A stretch of DNA of 63,741 bases, counting the filler, from Folioceros fuciformis (Eukaryota), in NCBI GenBank assembly GCA_049999805.1. It is 8 parts of 8 records of this genome, joined end to end, with 100 filler letters (N's around TTAATTAATTAA, not from the genome) between each part and the next. Parts side by side here need not be neighbours in the genome. Positions count along the whole stretch, not along the records: positions 1 to 7,594 come from JBNGIO010004343.1; positions 7,695 to 20,243 come from JBNGIO010004344.1; 6 more parts are not named here. One strand, given 5' to 3'. Positions within the stretch are counted from its first letter, which is position 1; each line of letters starts with the position of its first letter. Positions 1 through 10,429 of this stretch are shown in pieces. The notes under the pieces are model-generated. The model was given only the letters and a program-made list of their open reading frames with translations. It searched no databases and was not told the origin of the DNA. The translations under genes were made by a program, and so were the position numbers.

Positions 1-1400
1 TGTGCTCCCCGGGCTGCCTCCCAATTCATTGGGCTCCTTCTCCCCAAATCTGGTGCTCCACTCTGTGCTTGCACTACTGGTGTCATCGCCAAATCCCCTA
101 CTTGGTACTCTACTTCAACTATTGGCTGGCTTGGTCCAGGATCCCTCACTGTCTCCATCTTAGTTGGGGTGGAATCTGGGGCTGCGGGGGTGGTGACTGA
201 TGGTAGCCTTCAGTCCCTTTGTCGCTCCCTAGGTCTCTATATCAATGGGGTGTCATTTTCATCAGACTCATCATAGGCTGCCATGGCTGATTCGGAATCA
301 AGTGGGGACTCCTCATCTGTAAGAGGGGTCGACACTCCACCGGAAATAAAAGCCTCCCCCTGCAACGGGACAACTACAAAAGGTTGTTCCGCCTCCTCCA
401 ACTCCTCTTGTGTTAACAACCCTTATGTCTTCCATAACTGCACCAAGTAAGTCGTGAGGTAGTAGGGACGTGCACTCCCCCCCTCCCTACCGTTCGGCTT
501 GAGCAACTTCTCCCTGTGGTACGTATACGCCTCATACATAATTAACCCCCAGTCTGGCTTTGCTCCTTGAGTCACTCTTCAAAGGAAGTGGAGGAAAGCA
601 TTGCTGAAATGTGAGGTGCGTTGAAAGTTCACCAATCCAAGAACCACCTTAGTGAACAACCGCCATTTGAGCTCCTTGATCCTCTTAGTCCTCCACCCGT
701 TCTTGGTTCTTGCTAGCTCCTCTCCCAACAGCAATTCTAGTGCCCCAAATGGTAGGGTGGTGCTGGGTGACCTCCGCCCATCTATGGTTGTATCCAGGAT
801 CCCAATACCATCGCTCTCCTCTTCCGACCCACCGTACACGTGTCGGATGCTTTGGAGAGTCCAACACCGAGGGTCAGTCCTCGGGTTTTGTTCGGGTAGG
901 GCTTCTAACTCCTCCTTCGATTGCTGTAGGTTGGTATAGCACTCCTTCACCAAGCCTTCATGAACATACGACCAGTGTCTGCCATATATCCAATCAAGCT
1001 AGATGTTTGCATCACATGCCCAAGTCCATAGGTCTATCAAATCCCTTGAGTTCAGTTGGCCCCCAAAGCAGGAAAAGGACGGAACATTGGTTCGGGGAGA
1101 GCTGGCTGCCCTCGTGGGTCGTCCCCTACTGCCGAAACCCACCTGAGTGTTGTTGGAGGTCCGCGCCATAGTTGATGGAACAAAACCCCAGGAACGTCAA
1201 TTGCCCTCCTTTACGCAAGTTTATACCCCTATCTCCGTAGGCAATTGTTCCCAACTTCTGTCCAACTGATTTCACGTCCCCTGCACCGTTCCTCCCTATG
1301 GCTCTCACCACAGCAAAACCCTTTCTCTCGCTTTGAGTTCGTTTGGTCACAACAAGTAGGTTCTCGGCGTAGGTGTCTTGTCGCACAGCCACTTCCTTGT
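1..1400 (-). mobile_element. Decayed extra ORF (between pol and 3' LTR) of LTR retrotransposon 'family C', copy 1
   Basis: 1-397 is near-identical to 52284-52680, which leads into a PPT+LTR at 51252. Broken minus-strand ORF includes LDWIYGRHWSYVHEGLVKECYTNL...VYGGSEEE...NGW...SNAFLHFL, reminiscent of Athila-type extra ORFs. Confidence 0.65.
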
Positions 1401-1829
1401 TCCTCGCTATGTAGGTAGATGTAGTTCCCTACGTGGAGGTGAGCACCCTTCGTTGATGGGACACCTTAGGTAGGGACCCCTTTAAATACCCTCTTGTCGT
1501 AGGTATACTTCTATATGTAGTAACTGCCCTTAATAGATACCCTACACAGGTGTCCCCTTTTCTGTAGGTAGCTTGCCCTTCACAACTATATTTCTTATTT
1601 AGGTACTACCTCCCACATAGATATCCTCCCTACGTGGGCATACTTCTCTATAGGTAGCCATCCCAAAGAAGGTAACTTCTTTACAATACTACCCCTTATT
1701 ATTGCCACTCATCTAACCTACCAAACCAAGACCGAACAAAATTGAAAATGTTATTAGCCGCTCCCTACCTACTGCGGGTACTTGCCAAAAACCCGCATTC
1801 CACACTAACCAATAAAAGCAGAATTTGGG

Positions 1830-2690
1830 AACGCGCAGATTGGATATGTTCCGTCTGGTTGGTTACCCCTTGTGCAGTCATATAGTATTCTAGCTGGTAC
1901 GATCTTGTCGGACCATCACCCAATTAGCTTGCACTTGAGGCTTGCCCCTACCTCGGGGCGGCAGAGGAGGCAGATGCAAAATTTTCGGATGGACACGTCG
2001 TTACTCAAGGAAAAAGGTGTGTTTGAGGAGGTCAAAAACATATGGCAGGGAATAGAACAGGGGGGAGATCCTATTGATATGTGCTATACAATGCTGCGAC
2101 TAGGTATTTGAGGAAACGGGGGGTCCAACGTTGCGAAGGAATTGTGCCAGCAAGAATGTTTTTGGAGAGAGGAATTAAGCTGGCTCCAAAGGTGTTGTGA
2201 GGAGCGGGACTTCATGATCGAAGAAGAAGCCCGGAAAATAGAGGTGCAGTGCGCTTTGGCCAAATTGGAAGAAGACAGGGCCAGAGGTTGGTTCAAACGG
2301 GCGAAGGTTAAGTGGGTGAAGGAAGGGGACGGTCCGTCAAAATTCTTCTTCGATAAGGTGGATGCTAACTAGCACAGGTCGCGCATTCCTACTCTCCCGG
2401 ACCCGCACGGGGTGGTGCAGGAGTCGATTGAAGGTTTGAAAAAGCTCATCACCCTCTTCTTTGTGGGAATTTTTTCTAGCGTTGGGAAGGTGGCAAGGTG
2501 GGAGCAGCTTTGGTCATCTTCCTACGGGTCACTCTCGGCTAAAGTGTCTAAAGTCCAACGGAGAGCGCTGGATAAGCCGATTACTGCAGATGAAGTGCTC
2601 CAGGCTCTGAAGGGGATGCCGAGGTATAAATCCCCAGGTCATGATAGTATCCTGCCCGAGTTTCTGTTATGGGGGTGGGAGTTCATGATC
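1830..2690 (+). mobile_element. L1-like LINE ORF2 fragment (end of AP endonuclease, linker, start of RT), pseudogenised
   Basis: Motifs RLD, SDHHPISL, RAKVKWVKEGDGPSKFFF, PITADEVLQALKGMPRYKSPGHDSILPEF; stops and frameshifts. Confidence 0.85.
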
Positions 2691-4905
2691 GAGGAGGGGT
2701 TAAGCAGCCGCCAGGTAGGCGACCTAGCTGCTAGAAGGCCGCATGGCCAGATCCAGGCCGGGACGGGCCGGCGCAAGCAGGCCGAGTAGGAGGCATGCAG
2801 TGGGAGCCTGGGTGGGCCAAGGGTGGCAAAGCGGGGCCGAACCCAGGCTAGGCAGGGATACTAGCTGGGAGGACGGCATGGTAGGCAACCCGGTGGCTAG
2901 CCGCTTGTCCAGATCCGGCTGAATCCAGCCAACGGAAGACCGGCCAAGCAGGTGGAAGCAGGCTGGCCGGCTGAGGCGGATCCGAAGGCCAGATTGGCGG
3001 CGTGCTGGCTGGCCGACCCTGGGGACAATTGGTGCCTGGCAAAGCAAAAACTGGTGAGGCTGCTGGATCTGGTTGGGTTGGGGCCAAGCGGCTGGTGGAA
3101 CAAGGTAGCCCGGCCGAGGCAAAAACTGGGAGGAATGGATCAGGCCAGGTTGGTGCCGGGATGGATCCAGGTGGCTGGCGACTGGCTAAGGAGGCAGACC
3201 AGGCACCGAAGTAGACTTCATGGGGCGTGCCAGACTGGCAATGGACGGCCTGGACGGCAGAGGAGGGAGCTAGGGACGGGGGAACCAGCTTAGGTGACTG
3301 AGGCCAGATCGGGCCGATAGTAGGAAGGTACCCGGCTTGCAGGAGTTGATCGGAGTAGATGAGGCAGCGCTAGGCAGGCCGCTAGGGACGCTGCTAGACC
3401 TGGCCATGGGCTGGCAAACCAGGCGCTGTCGGCAGGGCAAGTGCTGGAGGCTGGCTGAGCAGGTAGCCAATTTGATGGGGGCTGCAAGAGGATGAGACCA
3501 GGAGGGAGTCCGGGCCGGGAGGGAGCCTGGCTGGTGGCGGCTGGTCAAAGAGCCTAGCCATAGAAGATCCAGCAGAGTTGGCCAGAGTTGGATCGGGACT
3601 GGGGTGGTCTCTGGAGGCGCTGGGGCTGCTGGGGGGCTGTGTGCGCTGGCCGCACCCCTCGATCGCCTTAGCTGGATCTCGTTTCTTGTTAGGACGTGTC
3701 TCGGCGGTATCTCAGGCCTATGGCGTCCAAGGAGGGTCGGGATGGAACCATGATGCACTGGGTTCTGTCCACGGCTGTGAAGCTGGACCGGGCACCTTGC
3801 AAGTGCGGGGTCTTTGAGGACGACCCTCGCAGAATCGCTGCGACCCACAACTGTAGTATGAGGGCCGTGGGCCTTATCAGTTTCCATCCTACCTACGAGC
3901 TCAAGTAGGGGACATCACTGTGGGGAGCTTCACAGAGCTGTCGGTCATCAACCTGCGCTGCCTGTTCGCCAACAAAGATACTGAGGGCCGGCTGGTACGG
4001 TGGCTGGAAGCAAAGCGAGGGGAGTCATGGCGTGCTGGCCGAATTCAGGCGGTGGCTGAGGATAAGCTGTCGAATTCGAGAGCACTCAGGCATGGACGGA
4101 CTCGCACTTAGGCATTGCAAACCAAGGAGAGCGGCTTGTTCCGAATCCCGGTCAAACCAAGTGCAATGCACAGATCAGCTCTCCCCCCCATCGACGGTTC
4201 TATATGGACATTCATTCAGGCTGGACAAAAGGGTCTCAACCGGATCTAGCAGCCGAAGACTGGCCAGATGGCTGGTTGGAAAGCCAGTAGGCCTAACAGC
4301 CTAGTAGGTGACTGCCCAGGGGGAAGACAGGGGAGTGTCCCGAGGGACACTCCAAGGATGACAGCCTGACCCTGAGGCACTGGTTGTAGGCTACCATTAG
4401 GCATACGGCTTTCCATCAGCGGGCAGTGGGTTGGAACAGACTCACTATGGCAGGCGGAGAGTCTGATGCTAATTACAGCGATGACGGGTGACGGCTGCCA
4501 CTCTAGGACGCAACGCCATCCGCTCAAGGGCACCAGACCAGCAGCTTGGAGGGTGGCCAGCCAAGGACATAAGTGGCACTATGCTTTCCATCCATTAGTA
4601 GCAAACATGGTTGCTTGTAGGCTGAAGGTCTAGTATAGGTGTGCTACTAGTGGTGGGAAGCCCAGTGGTGGTTATGTTGAAAGGGTGGTTGATGTCGTTG
4701 CCAGTGTCTAACTTGCAAGGCCCTTATTCAGGAGCGCTTGGTGGACAGGTTGCCGGGACAAGAGTCTTGGCCAGCCGTGACCAGTAGGATGGAGGGAAGG
4801 GCCTGAAGATGGAAGACTGCGAAGAATGCAGGATGATCAGAGGGGAGGAGATGATCTGATTCGGGAGAGGAAAGGGAGATGATCTGATCTAGGAGAGGAG
4901 AAGGG
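2691..4905 (+). mobile_element. GC-rich 3' internal spacer and PPT of Athila-like family A element (copy 1, 5'-truncated)
   Basis: Same motif composition as the reverse complement of 10444-14094; ends in PPT AGGAGAGGAGAAGGG (4891-4905) directly before TG. Confidence 0.7.
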
Positions 4906-6158
4906 TGTTGAGAAGCGCCCTTATTTTTGGTAGATGGGAGGGGCTGATAATTTTGGATAGAGGGTAGCTAACCGTGACAAGGGGTAACGGGCAATTAGAA
5001 GCAGGGGTAGGCTAGAGTTAGGGTTCTTGGTTGGGATTAGGTCTAGGTTAGACCTAGGTTAGGTCTAGGTTAGACCTAGGTTAGGTCTAGGTTAGACCTA
5101 GGTTNNNNNNNNNNGTTAGGTCTAGGTTAGACCTAGGTTAGGTCTAGGTTAGACCTAGGTTGGGTTTAGGTTTGGGTTAGACTAAGTTTAGGTCTGGGTC
5201 AGACCTAGATTAGGTCGGTTTGACTTAGGTTAGGTTTAGGTCAGCTCCGGGTTAGGTCAGACCTAGATTGGGTTAGGTTAGGTCATACCTAGGTCAGGTT
5301 TAGGTCAGAATTGGGTGCAGGATGGTTTAGGGCAGAGAGAGGTGGTTAGGTAGTTGATTCAGGTTAACCCTAGTAGACAGAGACGGAGAGAGAGGTGGTT
5401 AGATAGTTGATTCAGGTTAACCCTAGTAGACAGAGACGGAGGGTTAGGCAGTATAAGAGGGGAGACCTGCCATTGAGAGAGGGGGTCTACGGTGCGATTT
5501 CTCTTGACCTTGTGTGCAGAACTCCCGGCCTAGAGTGCTGAGCCGGTTTGAGACTGAACCGAGGTCCTGATTCCCCTTGCCACTAGGGGAATATGGAGGA
5601 TCCCAAGACTGCCAAGATCCGTGTGGCCGGATCCGCAAGGGCTAAATGTTTTGCAGGCTGGCTGAAGTGAAGTGACAGGACCGTGAGCTAGGAGGGCTAT
5701 CCAGTCCTAGTACCCACACCATGCTTGAAGACTACAAGGAGTGAGGCCGTTGTGTCCCAATTTCCCGGGGATAGCTAAAGCAAAGAGAGGGAGAGCTGGA
5801 GTGAAGTGCAGTGAAGTGAAGAGTGAGTTGCTGAGGTGCAGGAGTGTGTGCTGAAGTGAAGGGTGAATGACTAAAGTGAAGAAGGGAGGACTGAAGTGGG
5901 AATCATGAAGAGCTGAAGGACTGAAGAGCTAGAGTGTGAGTTTTGTGGGTTGATCTGAAGATAGGCTAGGATTCTGGCCTTTTTGCTGGTGTGTGTGGTC
6001 AGGCCTAGAGACCGGCTGATAGGTAGAAGTGTGAATAGACAGTCGTAGGTGTTCCTTGACACTAGTTCACTCCCTTGGGAGCGAATCATAAGATTGCAAC
6101 GACAATAAGGGAAAGTGTGGCCCTTTGGTGGTTCTTGGGTTCAAGGAATCACTCCACA
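4906..6158 (+). mobile_element. 3' LTR, family A copy 1
   Basis: Starts TGTTGAG right after the PPT and ends CTCCACA; TATA-like GTATAAGAG at ~5451; terminal ~110 bp match 44895-44997 and revcomp of 9390-9495. Confidence 0.8.
5030..5310. repeat. 22-bp tandem array (TTAGGTCTAGGTTAGACCTAGG) grading into telomere-like GGTTA/TTTAGG variants
   Basis: Direct reading; array is broken by a 10-N gap. Confidence 0.9.
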
Positions 6159-6212
6159 AAAGGTAAAGAATTCCTCACTTGCCTAAGAGATACTTGTAAA
6201 GGGAAAACTTCT

Positions 6213-6400
6213 AACATGAATTAATTGCTTTTGTATAATTTATCCTTTCTAAAACATGACTTGTTTGTGTATTGTCGTTTTTGGAACATGACTTGTTTGT
6301 GTATTGTCCTTTTTGGAACATGACTTACTTTTGTGTTTGTCCTCTGTGAAACATGAGGTGCTTGTGTGCCATACATCGCTTCTAAAATGACTTACTTGTG
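6213..6400. repeat. 32-bp degenerate minisatellite (AACATGACTTGTTTGTGTATTGTC...)
   Basis: AACATG recurs at 6253, 6285, 6317, ~6349. Confidence 0.85.
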
Positions 6401-6950
6401 TGTTGTCTCAAAATGATCCATATTTTCCAACCCTGGACACAACAGTTTTCCAGCCTCTCAACTTTCAAGCCTCTCAAACTAAGGGGTCAAGAGATTCTCA
6501 AAATGGTCGTTATTTTCCAACCTTCCAGCCTCTCAACTTTCGAGCCTCTCAACCTAAGGGGTCAAGAGATTCTCAAAATGGTCATTATTTTCCAACCCTA
6601 AGACATAACAGTTTTCCATCCCTTTGTACCTAAGGGCTCAAGAGAGATTCTCAAAATGACACTTATTTTCCAACCTTGGACATAACGGTATTCCATCCCT
6701 CTCCACCTAACGGGTCAAAAGATTCTCAAAATGACCGTTATTTTCTAACCCTGGACATAACGATATTTTCACACGGTTGCAAGGAGGACAACTGTAGGTT
6801 TTCAACTCTTAGTCTGAATCTCGTGCATATGTAAGCTCCAAATTGTGTGCATGAGTAGTAATTTTCAATCCTCTCCACCTAACAACTTAGGCCAGTTAAG
6901 GGCTTCTCAAAATGACAATAACTTTCCGACCTTGGAGATAAGAGTACAAA
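6400..6950. repeat. ~75-90-bp degenerate tandem repeat (GAGATTCTCAAAATG...TATTTTCCAACC...CCTAAGGGGTCAA)
   Basis: CTCAAAATG recurs at ~6407, 6497, 6572, 6650, 6725, 6906. Confidence 0.85.
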
Positions 6951-7594
6951 GACAATTGTAGATTCCCAACCCTTAATTTGGACTTCGTACACAAACATGC
7001 ATGTAGGCCCAGGGTTGTGTGGATGGCTAGTATATTCCAATCCTCTTCACCTAACCTAACTACTTTTCACATGGTCGGGAAGATGATCTTGTTATTCGAC
7101 CCATTACTTTAGTGTTGCACACACACTTGTGCTCACTGCCTTGTCATAGGATTGTGAAAGTGATTTGTATCTTCCGCCTACTATTGAGGGTTAGGCCCCC
7201 TTTCTTAGCTTTTCCCCATTCTCCCAAGCAGGACGGTGTGGTGTCGTTGATCGATGGCCCCAGCCCCGGCCCTCGGCCAGACAAGGAGCTGTTCTCCTCA
7301 AGCGTGGCGGCTGGTGGCAGGTGTGTCTTTCTCTGGGATGGGGCTGCGTTTTTCCATTCGAATTTTCCCCAATGGCGGTGTCGGAAGGGTAAGCCATGCG
7401 GGTACCTGGCCTGACAGTTATCAGGAAAAGGAATCCCGTGGATACCCTGTCATCCAATCCCAGCCTTGCATGCAGGATGCCATCAACGGACAGCATGAGG
7501 TGCAGACTCCGAAAATTGGCTGGAGAAGACGAAAGGTAACATAACAGTGCGGCCCACCCGCGCGGCCCAGCGTGACGGAGTAGGCAGTAGGGAG

Positions 7595-7694
7595 NNNNNN
7601 NNNNNNNNNNNNNNNNNNNNNNNNNNNNNNNNNNNNNNTTAATTAATTAANNNNNNNNNNNNNNNNNNNNNNNNNNNNNNNNNNNNNNNNNNNN
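7595..7694. other. Artificial contig linker N44-TTAATTAATTAA-N44 (also 20244-20343, 44439-44538, 49495-49594, 51093-51192, 60856-60955, 61996-62095)
   Basis: Identical 100-bp spacer with a six-frame stop 12-mer, seen seven times. Confidence 0.95.
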
Positions 7695-7905
7695 GCCCCC
7701 CCATCCTCGTCTCTACTGTTACACTTTGTTGACAAACATGTTTGTTTGGTAGTAGCTCAAGTCATCCTAACACTTTTGATTACAAGTCTTCATATTTTGA
7801 AAAGTTTCAGACCTACCAAGTAGTAGCTCAAACTAAGGAACTTGAGAACTTTATAATGCAACCTATTTCTTACACTAGTTTATATCCAAACCAGCAAGGA
7901 AACAA

Positions 7906-8426
7906 TGTGGAGTACACCAGCTCAAAGACTTGGCGTCTTGAGCTATTTCACACTAAGTTATGCTCCCGATCTTTTCTCTTCAAACACTCTATCAAACTTT
8001 CTATGCTTGGAAAATGTCTCTTAAGCACCGCAAGTCCTCACAAAAGATTTTTAATTGAGTCTAGCTATAAGGGTTACTTCTCTTGGGCGGATCCCTCTCG
8101 AGGTAATCTTCTACCTTTCTTGGTCCGTCCAAGTGTCAATAGGATCGACTCCAGTCTACGTGCAAGTGTAGGAGAGGAGAGGAGAGAAGAGAGGGTGGTA
8201 TTGGTGATCACAACCATGAAAACAATACACATCACCACTGTCTTACTATGGAGGTCCAAGGTCTCCATTTAAGTAGTACATTTAGGGCTACACAACTTCC
8301 AGGTTCAATATGGGATAATCTACACTATCCTAAGTTCACTAATAACTAGAACTAGTCTAGTATGAACCCAACTGGGATAACTAACACCACATGAGTTTAG
8401 CTCATATAGAGCTCGATAACTCAACA
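7906..8426 (-). mobile_element. LTR of family C
   Basis: 8369-8426 matches 51193-51251, which abuts a PPT; imperfect terminal inverted repeat TGTGGAGT...ACTCAACA. Left boundary inferred only from the inverted repeat. Confidence 0.55.
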
Positions 8427-9088
8427 CCAAGGTCTTCCAAGGTCGTGCCTGCGCATGCTTCCTTTCTTGGTGCTTTTGGCTCCCCCTCGAACTCCTCTGC
8501 CGGGGGTGCACTCACGCTTGCGTCCGCACGCACGCTTCACTTCTAGAAATGCGCTCGTGCCCACGTTCGCTCCCTTTCTTGCTACCTCCTTTGCCCTTTC
8601 TTGATCTTGTCATTTGGTAAGAAGCACGCTTGCCATCTCTCCCTCACACGGCTTGCCCGTGCCTGCTCTCCCACGTACTTGTAGATCCGATCCTCCCAAC
8701 CCCTATCCTCTCAAAGGGTCTTTTCTCCTCTTGACCTTTGTCTTCCCCTTCTCCACCCTTTTGGTCGCCTGGGCATCCAACACCTCCTTAGAACTTTCTT
8801 GGCCTGAATTGCCTCTTGCTCCCAGACCCTACAAGTGACCAAGCCCCAAAGGTGGAGGAAGAACGGGCGTCCCATGAATGTGAGTTACAGCATCCTTCAA
8901 CCACTCCAAGACAAGATCAATGATCTCCTTGAGCCACTCCAACTCAGTAGCTTGCCCCTGGTATTGTTGGAGAAGCTGAGCCTTGGTAATCCTGCGCATT
9001 AACGGAACCTCAAAGCTATCTTCGACGTGCCCACCAGCTTGAGCCCTAGAAGACCCTGTAGAACTTGCCTTGTCTTTCCTCTTGCATG

Positions 9089-9375
9089 CCATAGCCGCAG
9101 CCCTTCACTCCGCTCGTTTTCTCCAAAATTCTCCTGTTTTTCTTGGCTGATTTATTTGTTTTCGCTAGGTCTATTCTTGGCACGTCTTCTTGGTTGGGCC
9201 TTGCAAGATCTCTCACCTTTTGCCTCTTTCCCGCCATAGCTGCAGCCCTTCACTATGCTCGTTTTCTCCAAACTTCTCCCGTTTTTCTTGGTTTTGCTGG
9301 TTAATTTGATTGTTTTCACTAGGTCTATTTTTGGCACGTCTTCTTGGTTGCACCTTACAAGATCCCGCACCTTTT
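9089..9375. repeat. Diverged tandem duplication (~135-145 bp x2) in unclassified TE-like sequence
   Basis: CCATAGC.GCAGCCCTTCACT...CTAGGTCTATT.TTGGCACGTCTTCTTGGTTG occurs twice. Confidence 0.85.
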
Positions 9376-9389
9376 TCCTGCTACCTATT

Positions 9390-10429
9390 TGTGGAGTGGA
9401 ACTTGCACCCAAGAACCACCAAGGGCCACACTTCCCCCTTATTATTGTCGTAGTACTAGGATTCGCTCCCGAGGGAGTGAACTAGTGTCAAGGTCCCCCA
9501 CAATCTTGCCCACACTACCCAGATCTAATTCTATCTATCAGTCGGCTCCTAGACCTAACCACCCTACAGCAAAAAGACCAGAACCTTGTCTTCAACACCA
9601 ACCATAACCCTGGTTGAATGAGGACTCAGCATCATCTTCACCTCCCACTTCCAGCTCCGGGTTTCAGCCGCCTCAACAGCTAGGAGGAGGCCCTAGCCCT
9701 GGCCTCGACCTCCACTCTCAGCCCTAAGTGCCAGCCACCTCAGCAGCTGATTAAGAACTTCAGCACCTAAGCTCCTCACCTCAGCGCAACCACTCCAAAC
9801 TCCAGCACCTCAAGTCTCTACTCCAACACTTCAACTCTTCAGCCCTTCACCCTCACGTCTCACTCCTGGATCTTTGGAACACAACAGCCCCTCACTTGCA
9901 GTCCTTGAGGTAGGGATGTGTAGACCTAGGCTGGATAGCCTCCTTGGCTCACAGCCCTGCAGTCCGTCGCCTTGGAAACCCCTTAGGGATCTCAAGGTAT
10001 CCCAACCACCCGACCAGCATGCAAGAGAGGTCAGCCCTTGCGGATCTGGCCACCCAGATCTCAGCAATTTTAGGAGCTGCCACGTTCCCCTAGTGGCATG
10101 GGGAATCAAGGCCGAGGTGCATCTGCACACTGTATTAACCCTCTAACCCAGCAGCCTGCAACACAGGGTCAAGGGAGCTCTTCACCAAAAAAACCTCCCC
10201 CCTCAATGACAAGCCTGGCCTCTTATACTCCCTTGGCAAGGAACCCCTTGTCACTGCCTAACCAGGTCAGCACGCCTCAGACAGAACCCTCCACTTGTCA
10301 AAACCCTAAACCTAACTCTGACCTAACCTTACTTTGACCTAACCCTAACCCCGACTTGTGCCCCTGGTTGCTCTTATAAAAAATAATCAACCTCTCAAAA
10401 CTACTAAAAATCGTGAGTGCCTCTCGACA
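9390..10429 (-). mobile_element. 3' LTR, family A copy 2
   Basis: Minus strand reads PPT AGAGGGGAAGAGAG (10430-10443), then TGTCGAG...CTCCACA; GTATAAGAG at ~10225; homologous to 4906-6158. Confidence 0.8.

Noticed and set aside
5030-5310. True or interstitial telomere
   Set aside because: Units are not canonical TTTAGGG runs and lie inside an LTR
7639-7650. Recurrent TTAATTAATTAA palindrome
   Set aside because: Always centred in 100-bp N spacers; a scaffolding linker, so adjacency across it is unproven
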